From Macrostomum lignano (Eukaryota), in contig NIVC01004432.1 in assembly GCA_002269645.1 (NCBI GenBank), forward strand, positions 1-46,151: a stretch of 46,151 nucleotides of DNA. The letters run 5' to 3'. Below are positions 35,340 through 46,151 of the stretch, piece after piece. Both the position numbers and the translations under genes were made by a program. Below the pieces are notes generated by a model. The model made no database searches and was not told where the DNA came from. It saw nothing but the letters and a program-made list of their open reading frames with translations. The number at the start of each line of letters is the position of its first letter. Positions within the stretch are counted from its first letter, which is position 1.

Positions 35340-35539
35340 TGTGGCGAGTTAAGCCACGTAAATTTATTTGAAGTAGCAGGGTGGAGGCGCGCGAGACAAA
35401 AGTCTAAAGTTATATAGGCCAGCGGTGTACGCTGGGCAGCCAATCAACGCACAGCGACCGTGCACATAGCGCCGGCCTCCCCGGCCGGGGTTGGGGGTGG
35501 CTGCTGGAGCGCATACGCGCGTGTGGCGTCACCGCCACA
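35340..35539 (-). repeat. 5' LTR (200 bp) with TATATAA (35410-35416) and AATAAA (35363-35368)
   Basis: Direct repeat of 31291-31491 with terminal TGTGGCG...CGCCACA inverted repeat. Confidence 0.96.
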
Positions 35540-36207
35540 GTTGCCTAATTTTATTTTAAACCATAATGACGTAAATACAGCAAAAATAATTGCTGTATTA
35601 TATATAGAATACATACCATATTTTTTGCATTTTAAACCTTAATTTTCCTGATTTTTTTGTGGCTTGTTTTTCGTTATTTAAAACAATGTTAAATTTGTAA
35701 ATGTGGAGTTAGCAACGCTTTTTAGAAAATAAAAGTAACATGGAATCACCTTACAAAAAGCTTGTGTTGATAAAAATAAAAACGTATTTTGCTAGGCCTA
35801 ACAAATACCTACTTAAACAATGCATTAATTTAAAACATTAAAAAACTTGTATCTGAAATTTATATTTAATTGTAAATGAATGCACACTGCACGTATCTTA
35901 CGTTACTACGTAGCACAAGTGGTATTTACTTGCTTAGTGCACTTAATGCAAACTAAGTTGCATTTTCAGTAAAAACAAAGTTGTCCCGCAGTTTTAATTT
36001 CAGACAGGGAGTAAAGTATATTATATATCTATCTAAATATTTTTGCTTACACTTACAGGCTATGCCGATATCCACAGTTGTGCGGTCACTGGTCAGATCG
36101 TTATAGGGCCTATTCCATTTCGTCATATCGGATGACGAAGTGACCAGAAGCAAAGTAGCTTGAAAAATAATATGACGAAGTGACCAAATATTTAGTTATG
36201 TTGGATA

Positions 36208-36518
36208 CTGGGTTTTTTTCGCCAGAGACAAGGTGCTAAATCGCACCTTGTGCCAAATTTCAAGGTGCAATTTTAAGGCTCAGAGTGCAACTTCTCTTGA
36301 GTCTTGTTTCAGACAACTGGGAATGTATATTTTAATATCTTACATAAGGCTATACTATAGCCATAGGCTATATTGCCTATATGACTTAATTGGATTTTAA
36401 GAGTTATTTTGTTTCATATTTAAGGCAGTGCCGCACCTACTTTTTTAATTTCAGGCCATTCAGGGTGCGATTTTAAAATTTAGGGTGCATACACACACTC
36501 TGCGCACAAAAAACCCTG
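36208..36518. mobile_element. hAT MITE, 311 bp
   Basis: Perfect 8-bp TSD GTTGGATA (36200-36207 / 36519-36526) and TIRs C(T/A)GGGTTTTTT. Confidence 0.8.
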
Positions 36519-36791
36519 GTTGGATACTTCGTCATCAACCAATCATCTTTGTGGGAGTTAAGTTAGTGTAAACAGTTTTTTTGTTTAATAATAATTATAA
36601 GCTGCGGCAAGCAGAACTGATCGATTGATAGGTTTTATCAATTGAGATGACAAAATGACTGGGATCATAAGGGTTCAAAGTAAATATGTTTGATTGCCAC
36701 ATTAATTCACTTGAAGTTGAAACTAATATTAATAATATGATTTATGGATGATGAAATGACTCTCTTCAGGTAGTGCATGCTAATTAAGATG

Positions 36792-38478
36792 GGTGCAGCC
36801 CATTTCGGCAAAGGAACTTTTGGCGAAAGACATTTTGGTGAAGATGAATTTTTCGTCTACATAGATGCACATTTTGGTGAAAGAAATTAACCATCTTGGC
36901 AAAAAGATACTTATACATGTTGTGTACCTTTATAGCTACACAAATTTTGGCTTGCAACTGCTGAATGCAGGCGATAGAAATGTTCAATATAGAAATTAAT
37001 TCCACTGGCAAAGACAATGAGGCCAATTCAAGATGCCTCAATGCCTTTGATTTGTGTTTCACAACAGACAGCCAACATATTTCCTTGTCAACAACCTTCC
37101 ATCCATTGCTTTCAAGCCACACCTTACCCGCTTTTGTAGCCTTGCACTGCTTTAAAAAATCCTGATGGCAATCAGCTTCCATACTTTGAGTGTGAAAGAT
37201 GGCTAGCCTATACCATTACTGTATGCAAGTGCATTACTATCTTCAGTCAGGTATTGAAATAAAGTACCTTTCACAATTTGAATTTTGCTATTAGCAAATT
37301 TTATGCCAAGGATACTAGCAGCACCACGGACACAGGCAGCAGATAGACAGTTCAATGCTGACAACAATATCTTTAGGAATGAAATCCAGCAATGGCCTAT
37401 TGGGCAAAAATTTGTAATACAGATCCCCGATAAAAGCCTGGAAAAAATTAAAAACATAGCATAAGCATATAGTTCATGTTATTCATGGACCATAGATGCT
37501 TAGTCTACAAGTAGAAGGTTAATAATAGGCTCTACTTTCAGCACAAAAATGAAAACAATAATGCCTTGAACAATAATTTTCTGTTCTTCATGGACCCTAA
37601 ATGTTTAAGGGTAGTAGTATAATAACTAAGTATTCTACCTTCAGCACAAAAATATAGACAATAATAAACGGAACATGAAGAAACAAGAATTTAGGTAGGA
37701 ACAGGTACAAGAAATATAGGTACAAGTACAGGTACAGGTATAAGTACAAGAAATAGGTAGATATAACCCTACTAAACAATACAGGTAGGACATAGGCAGG
37801 CTGCATACAGGAAGCAAGCAATCTTAATACAGTTGGCTCAATGTCAAAGTCAATGTCTTAATAGCCATAATTCACATTTCTAATAATAAGTCCATTTTGA
37901 AAAGATGATTTTCTCTTGAAAAAGCACCTATAGGAATGTGTAAAAATCTTCAATCTTTTTTATTAACTGATCTAGATTAAATTTTGATTAGAAGAACAGG
38001 TATATAAATTTTGTTTGCCTGTTTAACTGGTTACAGCAAAATATTATTATGTAGTTGTTATATTAAGTGATCAAGCTGTGGCCCAGCCCAGGCTGCAGCT
38101 GGCCAGGCCAGGCCACAAAATACCAACATCCGTTGGAGAAGTGTAGTCGCCTAAATGCACCCTAACTTTGTGATACACGTACAATGACAATGGATATATT
38201 TAACTTTATTTTAAATGTCTTGGCCCAAATGACTTTTAATTTTAGTAATCAATTTTAATTGCTCAATTTGTTCATTTTAATTGTTTTTTATTTATAGATA
38301 CCAATTTTTAAATTTGTTACAATTACTCTGCATATAATGCATAATTGCTTGCCTTTTGCCAATAATAAAAATAACCCTTTGCCAAAGTGGATCAATTTTA
38401 GATGAAATGGTCACTGCAAGTCTTTTTTGTCATTATTGACTTTCACCAAAAATTCCTTTGCCAAAGTAGGTTGAATCC
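36792..38478. mobile_element. Mutator-like (MULE) deletion derivative, 1687 bp, with possible transposase remnants at ~36900-37460
   Basis: Perfect 9-bp TSD ATTAAGATG (36783-36791 / 38479-38487), GG...CC ends and ~39-bp degenerate TIRs (core 36807-36829 vs 38440-38462, 21/23). Confidence 0.75.
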
Positions 38479-38588
38479 ATTAAGATGACAAAGTGTCGAA
38501 GTGACCATAGTTGAGGTGAGCACCCCAGACACCCAGATGATGAAATGGCAGATGATGAAATGACTGGGGTATTTCAACTGGGGTACTG

Positions 38589-38751
38589 GTCATTTTGGTG
38601 ACAAGTTGTTTTGGTTTAGGTTCATATCCATTAAGATTTTCAAGGTAGGCCTTAATTTTCTATTAAAAAATGGCTATATCACCAAAATGTATTTTTCTTG
38701 TCACTGAAATGACTTTTGTTTGTCACCGAAACATCTTGTCACCAAAATGAC
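38589..38751. mobile_element. Small MITE-like inverted-repeat element
   Basis: 27-bp inverted repeats 38589-38615 / 38725-38751 (25/27). No TSD found. Confidence 0.55.
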
Positions 38752-39630
38752 TGTAGGCCTAATAGACTAATATATTCTAATAGTCTAATAGACTAGGCCA
38801 TTGGGAGGAATAACTCAAGAGGCTAGGACTAGGCCATTGGGAGGAATAACTCTACTCAAGAGGTTCCTGGACACTTCATCATCTTACCAGTTTGTCATCT
38901 GTAAGGCACCCTCGCTCTAGCAGTATTTCCTATAAAATAAAAATAATATCAATCCTAATGTTGTGTCACAGGCCACTAAGCTACATTGGGTGGTACTCTA
39001 CAAACTCACAGCAAATGCCCTGCAAGATGTTTTGCTAGTTAACAATTGTCTTTTTGGATTCTTGTGGACTGTGCAATTTTTCAATTCGTAGAAATAATGT
39101 TGGTGCAGCTGGTTTTCCAGCCATTGTTTTCCAAAGTAACAAATTCAAGTTGTATTTGCAGCTTGTCAACTAGAGACTCAATACCCAAGGGGAAACTGTT
39201 ATCATATTTGACAGACTTTTACCTAGTCCTACAAACATATTTTGTTTTTCTACCATGTCATTAGCTTGTCATGATAAAAGTTGACACAACTTGGCAACAA
39301 AATCAAATCAATTTTTTTTGCAAAGTTATCGTAAGTTAGTTTTCACCCACCTTTTTTATTTTATGTAGATACTTTTGTGCCTAATGTGTTAAGAGTTGAG
39401 TCTAGACAAGATCAATAATTTTTTGATTAGAATATCATTCTATCTCTAGTCATAAGACTATAAATTAAAAAAGCAAATTGAAATTTTGTCACCTCGTTTC
39501 CTAGTAAAATCTGTTGAATGTCTGCTGAAGATAAAACTATTCAGGATTAGGCCTCTTGTACTTGTTAAAAAAAAGAGTTTAAATTTAAATGACCCACTGA
39601 TTTTAATGATTTTTTTGCCCTCTTTATGCC

Positions 39631-40340
39631 ATGGAGACCGACACAGCCCCAGCAGCAGCAGCAGCCCCAGCCCCAGCTCCAGCAGCTGGCGGCGGTCTGA
39701 AGCGTAAGCGACAGCAGCAGCAGCAGGCAGATGCCGCGGCCGCCGATATTGAAATGCTGCCGCCATTGGCTAAGCGGTCTCGCCCGTTTGTTGAGAAGCG
39801 CAGCATTGTGATCCCGCCTAATCGGCGAACTCCTCTGCGTCAGCAATGGCCGGAGCTGTGCCGCATACTGGTTGAGCAGCTCAACCTGCAGTGCCGCTGC
39901 ATCACACGCCGTCCAGTCTGGGCTGTTGAGCTGCGCAATTCGCCCCTGACCAAAGACGACGGCCACCTGCAGAAAGGCGCCGATTTGGTTGACGCTTTCG
40001 TTAAAGGCTTCCAGATTGGCGACGCGCTGGCGCTGTCAGGCTGGACGATCTCTACATCGACACGTTCACCGTGGCGGACGTGAAGCCCTCGCTGAAAGGC
40101 GATCACGTGTCCCGCGCAATCGGCCGGGTGGCTGGCAAGAATGGCCGAACAAAATTCATGATAGAGAATGCCACCAAGACTCGCATAGTGGTGGCCGATC
40201 ACACTATTCACATACTGGGCGCCTACGACAATGTTCAAGCGGCCAAGCGTACAGTGTGCGACCTCATTCTGGGCAGTCCGCCTAGCAAAGTGTATGGCAA
40301 TATGCACGCCAGGGCTAGTAAAGCTGCCGCGAAATGGTAG
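39631..40340 (+). CDS. PNO1: PNO1/Dim2 KH-domain pre-40S assembly factor, intronless, with a 1-nt deletion at ~40035
   Basis: [13 protein letters not shown]...[13 protein letters not shown] in one frame, continuing as [10 protein letters not shown]...[21 protein letters not shown]...PPSKVYG in the -1 frame. AATAAA at 40420-40425. Confidence 0.93.
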
Positions 40341-40545
40341 CTTTGAATTTTGTAACTCTCAATGTACTTTAGTAACCTGATGACTGTGTTAGACTGTCAG
40401 CGGCGTTGTACGCGAATTCAATAAATCATACTGGATCAGTTTTATTAGAATTTTTGTTCTCCTGTGTGTGCTTAATTTAAATATTACTTTTCTGTATATC
40501 GTAGATTTTCCAATCTAAATAGCATCTTCATTTTAGACTCATAGG

Positions 40546-43500
40546 TTCAAACTGGCACCCTGATTGCGGATCCCCCTAAACTCAAACCGGCATCCTGATT
40601 GCGGATCCCCCTAAACTGAAACTAGCATCCTGATTGCGGATCCCCCTAAACTGAAACTAGCATCCTGATTGCGGATCCCCCTAAACTGAAACTAGCATCC
40701 TGATTGCGGATCCCCCTAAACTGAAACTAGCATCCTGATTGCGGATCCCCCTAAACTGAAACTAGCATCCTGATTGCGGATCCCCTAAACTGAAACTAGC
40801 ATCCTGATTGCGGATCCCCTAAACTGAAACTGGCATCCTGATTGCGGATCCCCCTAAACTGAAACTGGCATCCTGATTGCGGATCCCCCTAAACTGAAAC
40901 TGGCATCCTGATTGCGGATCCCCCTAAACTGAAACTGGCATCCTGATTGCGGATCCCCCTAAAATCAAACTAGCATCCTGATTGCGGATCCCCCTAAACT
41001 GAAACTAGCATCCTGATTGCGGATCCCCTAAACTCAAAATGGCATCCTGATTGCGGATCCCCCTAAACTCAAAATGGCATCCTGATTGCGGATCCCCCTA
41101 AACTCAAACTAGCATCCTGATTGCGGATCCCCCTAAACTGAAACTAGCATCCTGATTGCGGATCCCCCTAAACTGAAACTAGCATCCTGATTGCGGATCC
41201 CCCTAAACTGAAACTAGCATCCTGATTGCGGATCCCCCTAAACTGAAACTAGCATCCTGATTGCGGATCCCCCTAAATCAAACTAGCATCCTGATTGCGG
41301 ATCCCCTAAACTGAAACTAGCATCCTGATTGCGGATCCCCCTAAACTGAAACTGGCATCCTGATTGCGGATCCCCTAAACTGAAACTGGCATCCTGATTG
41401 CGGATCCCCCTAAAATCAAACTAGCATCCTGATTGCGGATCCCCTAAACTCAAAATGGCATCCTGATTGCGGATCCCCCTAAACTGAAACTAGCATCCTG
41501 ATTGCGGATCCCCCTAAACTCAAAATGGCATCCTGATTGCGGATCCTCCTAAACTCAAAATGGCATCCTGATTGCGGATCCCCTAAACTCAAAATGGCAT
41601 CCTGATTGCGGATCCCCCTAAACTCAAACTAGCATCCTGATTGCGGATCTCCCTAAACTCAAAATCGCATCCTGATTGCGGATCCCCTAAACTCAAACTG
41701 GCATCCAGATTGCGGATCCCCCTAAACTCAAAATGGCATCCTGATTGCGGATCCTTAACTCAAAATGAAATCCTGATTGCGGATCCCTCTCAACTCAAAA
41801 TGACATCCTGATTGCGGATCCCCCTAAACTCAAAATGGCATCCTGATTGCGGATCCCTCTAAACTCAAAATGACATCCTGATTGCGGATCCCCTAAACTC
41901 AAAATGACATCCTGATTGCGGATCCCTCTAAACTCAAAATGACATCCTGATTGCCGATCCCTAAACTCAAACTGGCACCCTGATTGCGGATCCCTCTCAA
42001 CTCAAAATGGCATCCTGATTGCGGATCCCTCTAAACTCAAACTGGCACCTGATTGCGGATCCCTCTCAACTCAAAATGACATCCTGATTGCGGATCCCCC
42101 TAAACTCAAAATCGCATCCTGATTGCGGTCCCCCTAAACTCAAAATCGCATCCTGATTGCGGACCCCCTAAACTAAAAATCGCATCCTGATTGCGGATCC
42201 CCCTAACTCAAAATGGTATCCTGATTGCGGATCCCCCTAAACTCAAACTGGCATCCAGATTGCGGATCCCCCTAAACTCAAAATGGCATCCTGATTGCGG
42301 ATCCTTAACTCAAAATGAAATCCTGATTGCGGATCCCCCTAAACTCAAACTGGCATCCTGATTGCGGATCCCCTAAACTGAAACTAGCATCCTGATTGCG
42401 GATCCCCTAAACTCAAACTAGCATCCTGATTGCGGATCCCTAAACTCAAATGGCATCCTGATTGCGGATCCCCTAAACTCAAAATGGCATCCTGATTGCG
42501 GATCCCCTAAACTCAAAATGGCATCCTGATTGCGGATCCCCCTAAACTCAAACTAGCATCCTGATTGCGGATCCCCTAAACTGAAACTGGCATCCTGATT
42601 GCGGATCCCCCTAAACTGAAACTGGCATCCTGATTGCGGATCCCCCTAAAATCAAACTAGCATCCTGATTGCGGATCCCCTAAACTGAAACTAGCATCCT
42701 GATTGCGGATCCCCCTAAACTCAAACTAGCATCCTGATTGCGGATCCCCCTAAACTGAAACTGGCATCCTGATTGCGGATCCCCCTAAACTGAAACTGGC
42801 ATCCTGATTGCGGATCCCCCTAAACTGAAACTGCATCCTGATTGCGGATCCCCTAAACTGAAACTGGCATCCTGATTGCGGATCCCCCTAAATCAAACTA
42901 GCATCCTGATTGCGGATCCCCCTAAACTGAAACTAGCATCCTGATTGCGGATCCCCCTAAACTCAAACTAGCATCCTGATTGCGGATCCCCCTAAACTCA
43001 AAATCGCATCCTGATTGCGGATCCCTCTAAACTCAAAATGGCATCCTGATTGCGGATCCCCCTAAACTCAAAATCGCATCCTGATTGCGGATCCCTCTAA
43101 ACTCAAAATCGCATCCTGATTGCGGATCCCTCTAAACTCAAAATGGCATCCTGATTGCGGATCTCCCTAAACTCAAAATCGCATCCTGATTGCGGATCCC
43201 CCTAAACTCAAAATCGCATCCTGATTGCGGGTCCCCCTAAACTCAAAATCGCATCCTGATTGCGGACCCCCCTAAACTAAAAATCGCATCCTGATTGCGG
43301 ATCCCCCTAACTCAAAATGGTATCCTGATTGCGGACCCCCCTAAACTAAAAATCGCATCCTGATTGCGGATCCCCTTAAACTCAAAATGACATCCTGATT
43401 GCGGATCCTCCTAAACTCAAACTGGCATCCAGATTGCGGATCCCCTAAACTCAAAATGGCATCCTGATTGCGGATCCCCCTAAACTCAAAATCGCATCCT

Positions 43501-43992
43501 GATTGCGGATCCCCTAAACTCAAAATCGCATCCTGATTGCGGGTCCCCCTAAACTCAAAATGGTATCCTGATTGCGGATCCCCCTAAACTCAAACTGGCA
43601 TCCAGATTGCGGATCCCCCTAAACTCAAAATGGCATCCTGATTGCGGATCCCTCTAAACTCAAAATGGCATCCTGATTGCGGATTTTCTTTAACTCAAAA
43701 TGAAATCCTGATTGCGGATCCCCCTAAACTCAAACTGGCATCCTGATTGCGGATCCCCCTAAACTGAAACTAGCATCCTGATTGCGGATCCCCCTAAACT
43801 CAAAATGGCATCCTGATTGCGGATCCCCCTAAACTCAAAATGACATCCTGATTGCGGATCCCCCTAAACTCAAAATGACATCCTGATTGCGGATCCCCCT
43901 AAACTCAAAATGGCATCCTGATGCGGATTTTCCTTAACTCAAAATCGCATCCTGATTGCGGATTTTCCTTAACTCAAAATCGCATCCTGATT
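40546..43992. repeat. 35-bp tandem array CATCCTGATTGCGGATCCCCCTAAACTGAAACTAG (~98 copies)
   Basis: Period 35 (40561, 40596...), with 34-bp variants from poly-C length. Confidence 0.98.
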
Positions 43993-44447
43993 CTATACAT
44001 TTGAATTGATATTCTGTGCTCTAGAGCCAACTGAACTCGAATTTAAGATAGGTATATGAAATGAATTAATCTACTCTGAGTTTTCCGTCTGTTTCTAATT
44101 TAGTTAATGAACTGATAAACGTAGTCCAACAAGCTCTATTTATGGATTTCTTTGTTCATTGAGGCCAGTCTATAAGGATAGAGAGTGTTGATAAGGCATA
44201 TCAAATTTTTGTAGTTATTGAACTCGCATCTGGACTAACAACTCTTATCGGAACCCTCGATTTCATACACGACGATAAACCTCTGTTTGGCCAAACTTTA
44301 TCAACTGTATCTCAGTTGACAATCATGGTTATACTTTCAGTTAATTGAAAATTCACAAGATCGGCGATGTTTCTAAGCTTAAATCATCCAAATTTTCAAG
44401 CTTATGAGCTAGCGAAATTGACTAGCAGGACTTTTAAGACAATGTGA

Positions 44448-46151
44448 AGCTTCGGGATTAGGTAGTTTTGAGATTAGGAAGCTTTGGGATTAGGAAGCTT
44501 CGAGATTAGGAAGTTTTGAGATTAGGAAGCTTCGAGATTAGGAAGCCTTCGAGATTAAGGAAGCTTTGAGATTAGGAAGCTTTGGGATTAGGAAGCTTCG
44601 AGATTAGGAAGTTTTGAGATTAGGAAGTTTTGAGATTAGGAAGCTTCGAGATTAGGAAGTTTGAGATTAGGAAGCTTTGGAGATTAGGAAGCTTCGAGAT
44701 TAGGAAGTTTTGAGATTAGGAAGTTTTGAGATTAGGAAGTTTTGAGATTAGGAAGCTTCGAGATTAGGAAGTTTTGAGATTAGGAAGCTTCGAGATTAGG
44801 AAGCTTCGAGATTAAGGAAGCTTTGAGATTAGGAAGTTTTGAGATTAGGAATTTTTGAGATTAGGAAGCTTCGAGATTAGGAAGTTTTGAGATTAGGAAG
44901 CTTCGAGATTAGGAAGCTTCGAGATTAAGGAAGCTTTGAGATTAGGAAGCTTTGGGATTAGGAAGCTTGGAGATTAGGAAGCTTCGGGATTAAAAAGCTT
45001 TGAGATTAGAAGCTTCGGGATTAAAAAGCTTTGAGATTAGGAAGCTTCGGGATTAGGAAGCTTTGGGATTAGGAAGCTTTGGGATTAGGAAGCTTCGGAT
45101 TAGGAAGCTTTGGGATTAGGAAAGCTTTGGGATTAGGAAGCTTGGGATTAAAAAAGCTATGAGATTAGGAAGCTTCGGGATTAGGAAAGCTTTGCGGATT
45201 AGGAAGCTTCTGGATTAGGAAGCTTCCGGGATTAGGAAGCTTTGGGATTAGGAAGCTGGGATTAGGAAGCTTCGGGATTAGGAAGCTTCGGATTAGGAAG
45301 CTTTCGGGATTTCGAAGCTTCGAGCATTAGGAAGCTTCGGATTAGGAAGCTTTGGGATTAGGAAGCTTTTGGGATTAGGAAGCTTCGGATTAGAAGCTTC
45401 CGATTTAGGAAGCTTTGGGATTAGGAAGCTTTGGGATTAGGAAGCTTTGGGATTAGGAAGCTTTGGGATTAGGAAGCTTTGGATTAGGAAGCTTTGGGAT
45501 TAGGAAGCTTTGGGATTAGGAAGCTTCGAGATTAGGAAGCTTTGGGATTAGGAAGCTTCGGGATTAGGAAGCTTTGGGGTTAGGAAGCTTTGGGATTAGG
45601 AAGCTTCGAGATTAGGAAGCTTCGGGATTAGGAAGCTTTGGGATTAGGAAGCTTTGGGATAAAGAAGCTTCGGGATTAGAAAGCTTCGGGATTAGCAATC
45701 TTCGAGATTAGGAAGCTTTGGGATTAGGAAGCTTTGGGATTAGGAAGCTTTGGGGTTAGGAAGCTTTGGGATTAGGAAGCTTTGGGATTAGGAAGCTTTG
45801 GGATTAGGAAGCTTTGGGATTAGGAAGCTTCGGGATTAGGAAGCTTTGGGATTAGGAAGCTTCGGGATTAGGAAGCTTTGGGGTTAGGAAGCTTTGGGAT
45901 TAGGAAGCTTTGGGATTAGGAAGCTTTGGATTAGGAAGCTTTGGGTTAGGAAGCTTCGAGATTAGGAAGCTTCGGGATTAGGAAGCTTTGGGATTAGGAA
46001 GCTTCGGGATTAGGAAGCTTTGGGTTAGGAAGCTTTGGGATTAGGAAGCTTCGAGATTAGGAAGCTTCGGGACTAGGAAGCTTTGGGATTAGGAAGCTTC
46101 GGGATTAGGAAGCTTTGGGGTTAGGAAGCTGGGATTAGAAGCTTTGGGATT
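44448..46151. repeat. 16-bp tandem array GGGATTAGGAAGCTTT / CGAGATTAGGAAGCTT (~105 copies, runs off the right edge)
   Basis: Period 16 (45784, 45800...). Confidence 0.98.

Larger units (their letters stand above)
31291..35539 (-). mobile_element. Full-length Ty3/Gypsy LTR retrotransposon (4249 bp), decayed
   Basis: Two ~200-bp TG...CA LTRs, 4-bp TSD GTTG (31287-31290 / 35540-35543), PBS, PPT, and gag then PR-RT-RH-IN order. Confidence 0.98.

Noticed and set aside
37141-37250. PLAT-like motif YFECERWLA in an apparent small exon
   Set aside because: It is a short match inside a TSD-bounded transposon, with no partner exons.
4240-46151. 6-bp palindromes (ACCGGT, ATGCAT, GCATGC, CAATTG, GGATCC, AAGCTT) in many repeat units
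   Set aside because: About 1 in 64 positions starts such a palindrome, so this frequency in 16-43-bp units is near chance.

Overview
Eukaryotic (metazoan) genomic DNA with GC-rich, poly-Ala/poly-Gln-coding exons, GT-AG introns packed with minisatellites, and AT-rich intergenic DNA full of small DNA-transposon relics. The style resembles a free-living flatworm such as Macrostomum, but that is inference only. There are four host genes: a cholinesterase-like gene (minus, 3 exons, continuing off the left edge), an HR96/NR1J-type nuclear receptor (minus, 4 coding exons, 616 aa), an intronless 4E-BP, and an intronless PNO1/Dim2 with a 1-nt frameshift. A full-length but decayed Ty3/Gypsy element (31291-35539) has LTRs, a TSD, a PBS, a PPT and a clear -1 frameshift signal. 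About 15 different tandem arrays cover roughly a third of the window. I found no convincing wholly new biological system. The most notable items are the retroelement recoding signal, a hidden compensated double deletion in its integrase, the variant-coded 33-bp array, a dense TACATGTA cluster and a candidate ATF4/E-box/TATA promoter of 4E-BP.
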